From positions 11,302 through 75,301 of the forward strand of contig JAHJQI010000085.1 of the NCBI GenBank assembly GCA_018819265.1: DNA of 64,000 bases. Reading direction: 5' to 3'. Made by a program: the position numbers and the translations under genes. Each line of letters opens with the position of its first letter. Position 1 is the first letter of the stretch. A model generated the notes under the pieces. It saw nothing but the letters and a program-made list of their open reading frames with translations, searched no databases and was not told the DNA's origin. The DNA is from Alphaproteobacteria bacterium. GTDB lineage: Bacteria; Pseudomonadota; Alphaproteobacteria; Rhizobiales; Hyphomicrobiaceae. Below are positions 27,605 through 36,480 of the stretch, piece by piece.

Positions 27605-30448
27605 ATGTTCAAGTCAGAACCCTACCACCCCTATGATTTTGCCAATCGCCGCCACATCGGGCCGTCGCCCGAGGAAATTGCCGAAATGCTTCAGGCACTC
27701 GGCTTCGACAGCCTCGACGACCTGATCGACGCTGCGATCCCGGCGGGCATCCGGCAAAAGGAGCCGCTCGAACTTGGCCGCCCCGTAACCGAGTTGGGTT
27801 CGCTCGACCGCATGCGCGAGGTCGCCAACAAAAACCGCGTTCTGACGTCGCTCATCGGACAGGGCTACCACGGCACCATCATGCCGCCGGCGATCCAGCG
27901 CAACATCCTCGAAAACCCAGCGTGGTACACCGCCTACACCCCCTATCAGCCCGAGATCAGCCAGGGACGTCTCGAAGCGTTGCTGAATTTCCAGACCCTC
28001 GTCACCGACCTGACCGGCCTCGATATCGCCAACGCCTCGCTGCTTGACGAAGCCACCGCCGCTGCCGAGGCCATGGCCATGGCTCACCGTCTGGCGAAGG
28101 GAGAAAGAACGAAATTCTTCGTCGACGCCCAGTGCCTGCCGCAAACGGTGGCCGTCGTAAAGACGCGCGCCGAACCGCTCGGCTGGGGTGTCGTCGTCGG
28201 AGATCCGACGATCGATCTCGACCCTTCCGAAGTGTTCGGCGCGATTCTCCAGTACCCGGGCGTCTGCGGCGGCTTCCACGATTTCACCGATGCGATCGCC
28301 AGACTGCATGCCGAAGGTGCGCTCGCCGTTGTCGCCGCCGACCCGATGGCGCTGACGCTGCTGAAGCCGCCCGGCGAAATGGGCGCCGACATCGCCGTCG
28401 GTTCGATGCAGCGGTTCGGAATGCCGGTCGGCTTCGGCGGACCGCACGCGGCCTATATCGCCGTCAAGGACACCTACAAGCGCGCCCTTCCCGGCCGCAT
28501 GGTCGGCGTCTCGATCGATTCCCGCGGCAATCGCGCCTACCGTCTCGCCCTGCAGACCCGCGAGCAGCACATCCGTCGCGAGAAGGCGACGTCCAACATC
28601 TGCACCGCCCAGGTTCTGCCGGCTGTCATCTCGGCCATGTATGCCGTGTTCCATGGTCCGCGCGGATTGAGGGCCATCGCCGAGCGCATCCATCGCAACA
28701 CGGTGCGCCTTGCCGAGGGGCTCGAATCGCTCGGGTTCGAAATCGTTCCGCAATCCTTCTTCGACACGTTCACCGTCAACGTCGGCCCCTACCAGGGTCT
28801 CATCATGAAGAACGCCGTCGACAATGGCGTCAATCTGAGGAAGGTCGGCCAGGACCGTATCGGCATGAGCATCGACGAGCGCACCTTGCCCGCCACCATC
28901 GAGGCGGTCTGGCGTTCGTTCGGCGGCTACGATCTGAAATTCCGCGACGCCGCTCCTGATGTCCGCCTCCCCGACGGCCTCATCCGGACGAGTTCCTATC
29001 TCGAACACCCCGTCTTCCACATGAACCGCGCCGAAAGCGAGATGACGCGCTACATGCGCCGCCTAGCCGACCGCGACCTGGCGCTCGACCGCGCTATGAT
29101 ACCGCTCGGCTCCTGCACGATGAAGCTCAACGCCACCGTCGAGATGCTGCCGATTACGTGGCCGGAGTTCGCCGAGATCCACCCCTTCGCGCCGCCCGAT
29201 CAGGCGCTGGGCTATCACGAGCTGATCGAGGATCTCTCCGACAAGCTCTGCCGGATCACCGGCTATGACGCGATCTCGATGCAGCCGAATTCCGGCGCGC
29301 AGGGCGAATTTGCCGGACTTCTTACGATCCGCGCCTACCACAAGGCGCGCGGGGAAGGGCATCGCGATGTCTGCCTCATTCCAGCCTCGGCGCACGGCAC
29401 CAACCCGGCGTCCGCCTCGATGTGCGGGATGCAGGTGGTCGTGGTCGGCACCGACGAAAACGGCAACATCGACCTTGAGGAATTCCGCGCCAAGGCTAAG
29501 ACCCATTCCGCCAACCTGGCGGCGGTGATGATCACTTACCCCTCGACGCACGGGGTCTTCGAGGAAACGGTACGCGAGATTTGCGACATCGTGCATTCGC
29601 ATGGCGGGCAGGTGTATCTCGACGGCGCCAATCTGAACGCGATGGTCGGGCTGGCGCGGCCCGGCGATCTCGGCGCCGACGTCAGCCACCTCAATCTGCA
29701 CAAGACGTTCTGCATTCCCCATGGCGGCGGCGGACCGGGCATGGGGCCGATTGGCGTCAGGGCGCATCTCGCCCCGCATCTGCCTGGCCATCCGGAGACC
29801 GGCGGCAATGACATGACCGTTTCCGCTGCCCCCTATGGCTCGCCGTCGATCCTGCCGATCTCGTGGAGCTATTGCCTGCTGATGGTTGGCGAAGGTCTGA
29901 CGCAGGCTTCCCGCATTGCGATCCTCAACGCCAATTACGTCGCCAAGCGCCTATCTGATGCCTACCCGATACTCTACAGGGGCCGGCAGGGCTGCGTCGC
30001 TCACGAGTGCATCGTCGATACCCGGCCATTCAAGGATCGCGCCGGCGTCACCGTCGACGATATCGCCAAGCGGCTGATCGATTGCGGCTTCCATGCGCCG
30101 ACCATGAGCTGGCCGGTGGCGGGGACGCTGATGGTGGAGCCGACCGAGTCGGAGACGAAGGCCGAACTCGATCGCTTTTGTGATGCCATGTTGGGGATTG
30201 CGCGCGAGATCGCCGATATCGAAACGGGAAAAAGCGACCCCGAAAACAATGTGCTGCGGAATGCTCCCCATACCGTCGAGGATCTCGTCGGCGACTGGGA
30301 GCGGCCCTATTCGCGCGAAGCAGCCTGTTTTCCGGCAGGCGCGTTCCGTGTCGACAAATACTGGCCGCCCGTCAATCGCGTCGACAATGTCTATGGCGAC
30401 CGGCATCTCGTCTGCACCTGCCCGCCGATCGAGAGCTATTCGAAATAA
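27605..30448 (+). CDS. gcvP: Glycine dehydrogenase (P protein, single chain)
   Basis: [54 protein letters not shown] (PLP Lys) and EPTESE. Confidence 0.98.
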   Translation: MFKSEPYHPYDFANRRHIGPSPEEIAEMLQALGFDSLDDLIDAAIPAGIRQKEPLELGRPVTELGSLDRMREVANKNRVLTSLIGQGYHGTIMPPAIQRNILENPAWYTAYTPYQPEISQGRLEALLNFQTLVTDLTGLDIANASLLDEATAAAEAMAMAHRLAKGERTKFFVDAQCLPQTVAVVKTRAEPLGWGVVVGDPTIDLDPSEVFGAILQYPGVCGGFHDFTDAIARLHAEGALAVVAADPMALTLLKPPGEMGADIAVGSMQRFGMPVGFGGPHAAYIAVKDTYKRALPGRMVGVSIDSRGNRAYRLALQTREQHIRREKATSNICTAQVLPAVISAMYAVFHGPRGLRAIAERIHRNTVRLAEGLESLGFEIVPQSFFDTFTVNVGPYQGLIMKNAVDNGVNLRKVGQDRIGMSIDERTLPATIEAVWRSFGGYDLKFRDAAPDVRLPDGLIRTSSYLEHPVFHMNRAESEMTRYMRRLADRDLALDRAMIPLGSCTMKLNATVEMLPITWPEFAEIHPFAPPDQALGYHELIEDLSDKLCRITGYDAISMQPNSGAQGEFAGLLTIRAYHKARGEGHRDVCLIPASAHGTNPASASMCGMQVVVVGTDENGNIDLEEFRAKAKTHSANLAAVMITYPSTHGVFEETVREICDIVHSHGGQVYLDGANLNAMVGLARPGDLGADVSHLNLHKTFCIPHGGGGPGMGPIGVRAHLAPHLPGHPETGGNDMTVSAAPYGSPSILPISWSYCLLMVGEGLTQASRIAILNANYVAKRLSDAYPILYRGRQGCVAHECIVDTRPFKDRAGVTVDDIAKRLIDCGFHAPTMSWPVAGTLMVEPTESETKAELDRFCDAMLGIAREIADIETGKSDPENNVLRNAPHTVEDLVGDWERPYSREAACFPAGAFRVDKYWPPVNRVDNVYGDRHLVCTCPPIESYSK

Positions 30449-30784
30449 CCTGAGCCCGTTCCCCATTCGCCGCCACCGCAGCGCTGTCGGATCAACGGCC
30501 GTTGATACTGACCAAAATCAGTTTCGGATCTACGCACGCTTCTCTGTGACGCCCGAATGGTAGAGGCGCTGCCTCACGCGAATCCGATGCGTCGATTTTT
30601 TGTATTGCAGCGCAATATCTTGGCTGTTTTTAACCGCCTGCTGCCACTGGTGTTGTTGGGCCGGTTCGGGTTAGACTAAAGGCGACCAAGGTAAGCCATC
30701 TGCCCGGTAAGTACGGGTGCGGCGCGACATCGCGCCCGGGCAGACTTCTTCAAGAACGGGCTATCTCTCCGGAGCACAGACGAG

Positions 30785-31486
30785 ATGCAGGCGCGACCGC
30801 AATCCTATGCCGAATCCGAAGCGCGAAATCCCGCGCAAACCCAGACATCGCCCAGAGATCATCAATTGCAAAAGAACGCTGCAATCATCGCCATTGGCGA
30901 CAAGAACCCGATCGTGCGCGCCGGCCTGGCCGAGTACATCGCCAGGGACGATCGCTTCAGCGTTCGCGAACTCGTCTCCAGCGGTTCGGAATTCATTGCT
31001 CTTTGCGAGCGCACCAGGATCGATGTCGGCGTGATTGGCTGGGGCCTGCCCGACATGACCGGCGGCGATGTGCTGCGCGCCATCAAGCGCCGCGGTCTGC
31101 CGACGCGCGTCGTCGTCTACACCGGCGACTTCAGCCCCGGCGTACTGCGCGAAGCGGTCAAGTCGGGTGCATGGGGTGTCACCTCGAAGGCCGATGACCC
31201 TTCCGTTCTGATCGAGACGCTGGCAAGCGTCCGCGCCGGCCGCATGAGCATTCCCTATATCGACATCAGCCAGCTCGCCACCGATCCGCTGGAAAACCTC
31301 ACCGTCCGCGAGCAGGAACTGATGCGCGCGCTCGCCAAGGGCTGGACCAACGAGCAGATTGCGAGCCGCATTGGCATCTCCCGCAATACGGTCAAATACC
31401 ACCTCAAGAACCTTTACGAGAAAATCGGCGCCTCGAACCGCGCCCAGGCGGTCGCCATGTATCTTTCAAGTTCGAGCAACCGCTGA
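30785..31486 (+). CDS. NarL/LuxR-family regulator with an atypical receiver domain
   Basis: REC-like N-terminus with DVGVIGWGLPD (Gly at the phospho-Asp position) and HTH LTVREQELMRALAKGWTNEQIASRIGISRNTVKYHLKNLYEK. Confidence 0.88.
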   Translation: MQARPQSYAESEARNPAQTQTSPRDHQLQKNAAIIAIGDKNPIVRAGLAEYIARDDRFSVRELVSSGSEFIALCERTRIDVGVIGWGLPDMTGGDVLRAIKRRGLPTRVVVYTGDFSPGVLREAVKSGAWGVTSKADDPSVLIETLASVRAGRMSIPYIDISQLATDPLENLTVREQELMRALAKGWTNEQIASRIGISRNTVKYHLKNLYEKIGASNRAQAVAMYLSSSSNR

Positions 31487-31512
31487 GGATGCAGAAATGC
31501 GCCCCGCTCCAG

Positions 31513-31629
31513 GGGTAGTAAAGTGCCTACCCGCCCGACGACGGCCCTACCCTGTCGGGTAGTCGATCCCAGTCAAAGCTCTGGTTCAATTAAAGAAAAT
31601 TCCCTTCTCCCGGCTATCCCGTCGGGTGG
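31513..31629. promoter_or_regulatory. Repeated CTACCC/GGGTAG palindromes upstream of sgaA
   Basis: CTACCCTGTCGGGTAG (31547-31562) and CTATCCCGTCGGGTGG (31614-31629), plus GGGTAG (31513) and CTACCC (31527) half-sites. Confidence 0.5.
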
Positions 31630-31785
31630 CAAATCCTATCCGCGCGGGTGTTGTTGGGCCTGCTACCAAAGTCCATAACAATCGGGACGCTGACCGGAGC
31701 TGGAGCTTCAGGAGGCGGGTGAAATTCAATGTCGGGCCCCGCATGGGCTCGGCGATCAGATAATGAACTCGGAGGGATCCAGCCT

Positions 31786-33003
31786 ATGCTCGTACAGCCG
31801 CACCTATTCATTCCCGGCCCAACCAATATCCCCGAGCCCGTGCGCATGGCCATGAACCTTCCGATGGAAGACATGCGCAGCCCCGAGTTTCCCAAATTCA
31901 CGCTGCCGCTCTTTGAAGACCTGAAGAAGGTCTTCAAAATGAAGGACGGCCGCGTCTTCATCTTTCCCTCCTCTGGGACCGGCGCCTGGGAATCGGCCAT
32001 GCAGAACACGCTGGCCCCAGGCGACAAGGTTTTGATGTCGAGCTTCGGACAGTTCTCGCTCCTGTGGGTCGATATGGCGAACCGCATGGGCCTCGAAGTC
32101 ATTCACTGCGACGAAGAATGGGGCACCGGCGTCCCCCTCGAGAAGTACGCCGACATTCTCGCCAAGGACACGGCCCGCGAGATCAAGGCGGTCTTTGCAA
32201 CCCACAACGAGACGGCGACCGGCGTGACGAGCGACATCGCTGGCGTCCGCAAGGCACTCGACGCAGCAAGCCACCCCGCGCTTTTGATGGTCGATGGCGT
32301 CTCGTCGGTAGCGTCCCTTGATATGCAGATGGGCGCCTGGGGCGTCGACTGCTGCGTTTCGGGTTCGCAGAAGGGTTTCATGCTGCCGACCGGGCTGGGT
32401 ATCCTCGCCGTCAGCAACAAGGCGCTTGAAGCCAACAAGTCCCAACAGCCGCGCATGAACCGCTGCTTCTTCTCGTTCGAGGACATGATCAAGACGAACG
32501 ACCTCGGCTTCTTCCCCTACACCCCGGCCACCCAGCTTCTGCGCGGGCTGCGGGCGTCTCTCGACATGATCAAGGCAGAAGGCCTCGAAAACATCTTTGC
32601 CCGCCACCATCGCATGGCCGAGGGCGTCCGCAAGGCCGTCGACGCATGGGGCCTGAAGCTGTGCGCCAAGGAGCCCAAGTGGCACTCCGATACCGTTAGT
32701 GCGATCCTCGTGCCGGAAGGAATCGACGCCAACAACGTTCTTAAGACGGCTTATTACCGATACAACACGTCGCTAGGCACAGGATTGAACAAGGTAGCCG
32801 GCAAAGTGTTCCGCATCGGCCATCTCGGCGCTCTCGATGAGGGCATGATCGGCGGCGTGCTGTTCAACGTTGAAATGGCGCTCTTGGACTGTGGCGTTGA
32901 CATCAAGGCAGGTTCTGGCACGGGCGCCGCGGCCGAATACTTCCGCTCCACGGCGACGAAATCCGCCACATCGCGGGAAAGCGACAGCCTGAAGGCGGCC
33001 TGA
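31786..33003 (+). CDS. sgaA: Serine-glyoxylate aminotransferase
   Basis: HLFIPGPTNIP, EDMRSPEFP, SSGTGAWES, HNETATGV and SGSQKG (PLP Lys). It closely resembles Hyphomicrobium SGAT as I remember it. A GGAGG RBS precedes ATG 31786. Confidence 0.95.
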   Translation: MLVQPHLFIPGPTNIPEPVRMAMNLPMEDMRSPEFPKFTLPLFEDLKKVFKMKDGRVFIFPSSGTGAWESAMQNTLAPGDKVLMSSFGQFSLLWVDMANRMGLEVIHCDEEWGTGVPLEKYADILAKDTAREIKAVFATHNETATGVTSDIAGVRKALDAASHPALLMVDGVSSVASLDMQMGAWGVDCCVSGSQKGFMLPTGLGILAVSNKALEANKSQQPRMNRCFFSFEDMIKTNDLGFFPYTPATQLLRGLRASLDMIKAEGLENIFARHHRMAEGVRKAVDAWGLKLCAKEPKWHSDTVSAILVPEGIDANNVLKTAYYRYNTSLGTGLNKVAGKVFRIGHLGALDEGMIGGVLFNVEMALLDCGVDIKAGSGTGAAAEYFRSTATKSATSRESDSLKAA

Positions 33004-33256
33004 GCCAGTCTCAAATTCAAGTACACGGCAAGTGTTCTGGATCTAGCGCTTGTTTCCTGGCGAAGGTCGTCAAGCGTTGGTGAGCCCACAACACAAGCGA
33101 GCAGCTCGCTGGTCTTTCGGCGGAGGCGATTGGAAGCCAAGCGTCGGAGTCGGAATACTAGCCCCGCGGAAGTCACATCTGGTATGAGCCATGGTAGCGG
33201 CGCGGTCCTTCGCGCCGCATGAGGAAACTCGTGCCCACGAGAGGAAAGAAAACCCA

Positions 33257-34213
33257 ATGAGTTATACCCTTCACCCCCTGCGCAAGCAGCGCCTGCAGCG
33301 TTCCGAACTTGCCTGCCCGGGCTCCAACACCACCATGATCGATCGCGCCTTCAAGAGCGCGGCGGACTTTGTCTTTCTCGACTGCGAGGACGCGGTTGCA
33401 CCGCCTGAAAAAGAGCAGGCCAGGAAGAATATCATCCAGGCGCTGAACGACCTCGACTGGCGCGGCGCCGGCAAAACCGTTTCCGTCCGCATCAACGGCC
33501 TCGACACGCATTACATGTATCGCGATGTCGTCGACATCATGGAGCAGGCCGGAGACAAGCTCGACACGATCCTTATTCCCAAGGTCGGCGTCCCAGCGGA
33601 CGTCTACGTGGTCGAGTGCATGATGAGCCAGATCGAAGAGGCCAAGGGCTACGCAAACCGGGTTGGCACCGAGGCGCTGATCGAAACACCACTCGGCATG
33701 GCCAACGTCGAAGCGATCGCAGCCGCACCGAGCCGGCTTGAAGCGATGCACTTTGGCGTAGCCGACTATGCAGCTTTCAACAAGGCGCGCACGGTTGTGA
33801 TCGGCGGCCTCAACCCCGATTACCCCGGCGACCAGTGGCACTTCGCATTGTCGCGCATGACGGTAGCCTGCCGCGCTTACGGCCTTCGTCCGATCGATGG
33901 TCCCTTCGGTGACTTCGGCGATCCCGAAGGCTACAAGGCGGGCGCAAAGCGCGCGGCGGCACTTGGTGTTGAAGGCAAGTGGGCCATCCACCCCTCGCAG
34001 ATCGATCTCGCCAACGAGGTTTTCTCGCCACTTCCAGCGGAAGTCGAGCGCGCGCACCGCATCATCGCAGCACTGAAGGAGGCCGAGGCACAGGGCAAGG
34101 GTGCGGCCTCGCTCGACGGCAAGATGATCGATGCGGCGTCCGAGAAGATGGCGCGCAACATCATCGTCGTCTCCGAACACATCGCAGCGGCGAAGGCCAA
34201 GCAGGGGGGCTGA
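33257..34213 (+). CDS. mcl: L-malyl-CoA/beta-methylmalyl-CoA lyase
   Basis: [57 protein letters not shown] and [10 protein letters not shown]. Confidence 0.93.
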   Translation: MSYTLHPLRKQRLQRSELACPGSNTTMIDRAFKSAADFVFLDCEDAVAPPEKEQARKNIIQALNDLDWRGAGKTVSVRINGLDTHYMYRDVVDIMEQAGDKLDTILIPKVGVPADVYVVECMMSQIEEAKGYANRVGTEALIETPLGMANVEAIAAAPSRLEAMHFGVADYAAFNKARTVVIGGLNPDYPGDQWHFALSRMTVACRAYGLRPIDGPFGDFGDPEGYKAGAKRAAALGVEGKWAIHPSQIDLANEVFSPLPAEVERAHRIIAALKEAEAQGKGAASLDGKMIDAASEKMARNIIVVSEHIAAAKAKQGG

Positions 34214-34257
34214 GCCCCTCCGCGAAGGCCGCCGCTAACAAAAAAGGGAGGAATGGA

Positions 34258-35436
34258 ATGGATATCCACGAATATCAGGCCAAGGAACTTCTGTCGAAGT
34301 TCGGTGTGCCCATCCCGCGCGGCGGCCTCGCCTATTCGCCAGAACAGGCAACCTATCGCGCCAACGAGATCGGCGGCACGACCTGGGTCGTCAAGGCCCA
34401 GATCCACGCCGGCGCCCGCGGCAAGGCTGGCGGCGTCAAGATCTGCCGTTCGGACGAAGAAATCTGGGAAGCCGCCGACAGCATGCTGGGTAAGAAGCTC
34501 GTCACCACCCAGACGGGTCCTCAAGGCAAGCTCGTGTCGCGCCTCTACGTCGAGGAAGGCACCAACATCGACAAGGAATTCTACCTGTCGCTGACCATGG
34601 ACCGCGGCAAGGAGCGGATCGCGGTTGTTGCGTCGGCCGCCGGTGGCATGGACATCGAGGAAATCAGTGCCAGCGATCCGGATTCGATCCTCACCGTCGT
34701 CGTCGATCCCGCGGTTGGCATGCAGGGCTTCCAGGCCCGCGAGATTGCCTTCGGCCTCGGCATCGAACCCGAACTCGTCAACAAGTTCGAGCGCACCATC
34801 CTCGGCTGCTACCGCGCCTTCCGCGATCTCGACGCCACCATGGTCGAGATCAACCCGCTCGTCATCACCAAGGAAGGCGCCGTCGTCGCGCTCGACGCCA
34901 AGATGTCGTTCGACGACAACGCGCTCTTCCGCCGCCCGCAGATCTCCGAGCTGCGCGACAAGTCGCAGGAAGATTCGCGCGAAACCTATGCCTCCGACCG
35001 CGGCCTCTCCTATGTCGGTCTCGAAGGCGACATCGGCTGCATCGTCAACGGGGCAGGCCTCGCCATGGCGACCCTTGACATGATCAAGGTGGCCGGCGGC
35101 GAGCCGGCAAACTTCCTCGATATCGGTGGTGGCGCCAGCCCCGAACGCGTCCAGAAGTCCTTCCGCGCGGTGCTGCGCGACGGCAACGTCAAGGCGGTGC
35201 TGGTCAACGTTTTCGCAGGCATCAACCGCTGCGACTGGGTTGCCAAGGGCGTTGTCCTCGCCATCGAGGAACTCGAAATCAAGATCCCCGTCGTCGTCCG
35301 CCTGGCGGGCACCAACGTCGAGGAAGGACGCAAGATCATCTCCGAAAGCGGCCTCAACCTGCTGACCGCCGAAAGCCTCCGCGATGCGGCCGAGAAAGCC
35401 GTCTCGGCGGCAAAACAAACGCCCGCAGCGGCATAA
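34258..35436 (+). CDS. mtkA: Malate-CoA ligase (malate thiokinase) large subunit
   Basis: [26 protein letters not shown] and [10 protein letters not shown] (Mtk-type rather than SucC IMRCD), lying between mcl and ppc. Confidence 0.88.
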   Translation: MDIHEYQAKELLSKFGVPIPRGGLAYSPEQATYRANEIGGTTWVVKAQIHAGARGKAGGVKICRSDEEIWEAADSMLGKKLVTTQTGPQGKLVSRLYVEEGTNIDKEFYLSLTMDRGKERIAVVASAAGGMDIEEISASDPDSILTVVVDPAVGMQGFQAREIAFGLGIEPELVNKFERTILGCYRAFRDLDATMVEINPLVITKEGAVVALDAKMSFDDNALFRRPQISELRDKSQEDSRETYASDRGLSYVGLEGDIGCIVNGAGLAMATLDMIKVAGGEPANFLDIGGGASPERVQKSFRAVLRDGNVKAVLVNVFAGINRCDWVAKGVVLAIEELEIKIPVVVRLAGTNVEEGRKIISESGLNLLTAESLRDAAEKAVSAAKQTPAAA

Positions 35437-35451
35437 GGGAGGATCAGTGAC

Positions 35452-36351
35452 ATGGCGATTTTCATCAACGAGCACACCAAGATCTTGATCCAGGGCTTCA
35501 CCGGCCGCATCGGCACCTTCCACGCCCAGGAAATGATTGACTACGGCACCAATGTCGTCGGCGGCGTAACCCCCGGCAAGGGCGGCACCGAACATCTCGG
35601 CCGCCCGGTGTTCAACACGGTGAAGGGAGCAGTCGCCGAAACCGGCGCGGAGGCCTCCATCGTATTCGTGCCGCCGCCCTTCGCCGCGGACGCGATCATG
35701 GAAGCCGCCGACGCCGGCATCAAGTTCTGCACCTGCATTACCGACGGCATCCCCGCCCAGGACATGATCCGGGTGAAGCGCTACATGCGCCGCTACAAGA
35801 AAGAGAACCGCATGCGGCTCGCCGGCCCGAACTGCGCCGGCACCATCTCGCCGGGCCGCGCCATGCTCGGCATCATGCCCGGCCACATTTACGCGCAGGG
35901 CCGCATTGGCGTCATCGGCCGCTCCGGCACATTGGGCTACGAAGCCGCCGAGCAGCTCAAGGCGCTCGGTCTTGGCATCTCGACGAGCGTCGGCATCGGC
36001 GGTGACCCGATCAACGGCGCATCCTTCAAGGACATCCTCGAAGAGTTCGAGAAGGACCCGGAAACCGATGTGGTCTTGATGATCGGCGAGATCGGCGGCC
36101 CGCAGGAAGCTGAGGCCGCAGCATACGCACGCGACCACATGAAGAAGCCGGTCGTCGCCTACATCGCTGGATTGTCCGCACCAAAGGGCCGCCGAATGGG
36201 GCACGCCGGAGCGATTGTCACCAGCTATGGCGAAGCGGCCGCCGAAAAGGTCGAGATCCTCAAGGCGGCCGGCGTGACCATCGCGCCGACGCCTTCGGAT
36301 ATGGGCTCCACGGTCGCGGAGGTCGTCTCGAAGCTGAAGAGCGCCGCCTGA
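35452..36351 (+). CDS. mtkB: Malate-CoA ligase small subunit
   Basis: [34 protein letters not shown] and [10 protein letters not shown] (phospho-His). Confidence 0.88.
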   Translation: MAIFINEHTKILIQGFTGRIGTFHAQEMIDYGTNVVGGVTPGKGGTEHLGRPVFNTVKGAVAETGAEASIVFVPPPFAADAIMEAADAGIKFCTCITDGIPAQDMIRVKRYMRRYKKENRMRLAGPNCAGTISPGRAMLGIMPGHIYAQGRIGVIGRSGTLGYEAAEQLKALGLGISTSVGIGGDPINGASFKDILEEFEKDPETDVVLMIGEIGGPQEAEAAAYARDHMKKPVVAYIAGLSAPKGRRMGHAGAIVTSYGEAAAEKVEILKAAGVTIAPTPSDMGSTVAEVVSKLKSAA

Positions 36352-36480
36352 TCCGGGGCCCACAACGGCCCGCGGCAGAACGAAACCTTCGGTCGAACAA
36401 GCATACCCAGGGCACGTCCGGACCGGCCGGAAGTGCCCTGGCAGATCCGCGATGAGCAACTGTCGAAAGAGGCAAAAACG

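Noticed and set aside
34258-36351. sucCD (succinyl-CoA synthetase)
   Set aside because: The context between mcl and ppc and the Mtk-type motifs favour mtkAB.
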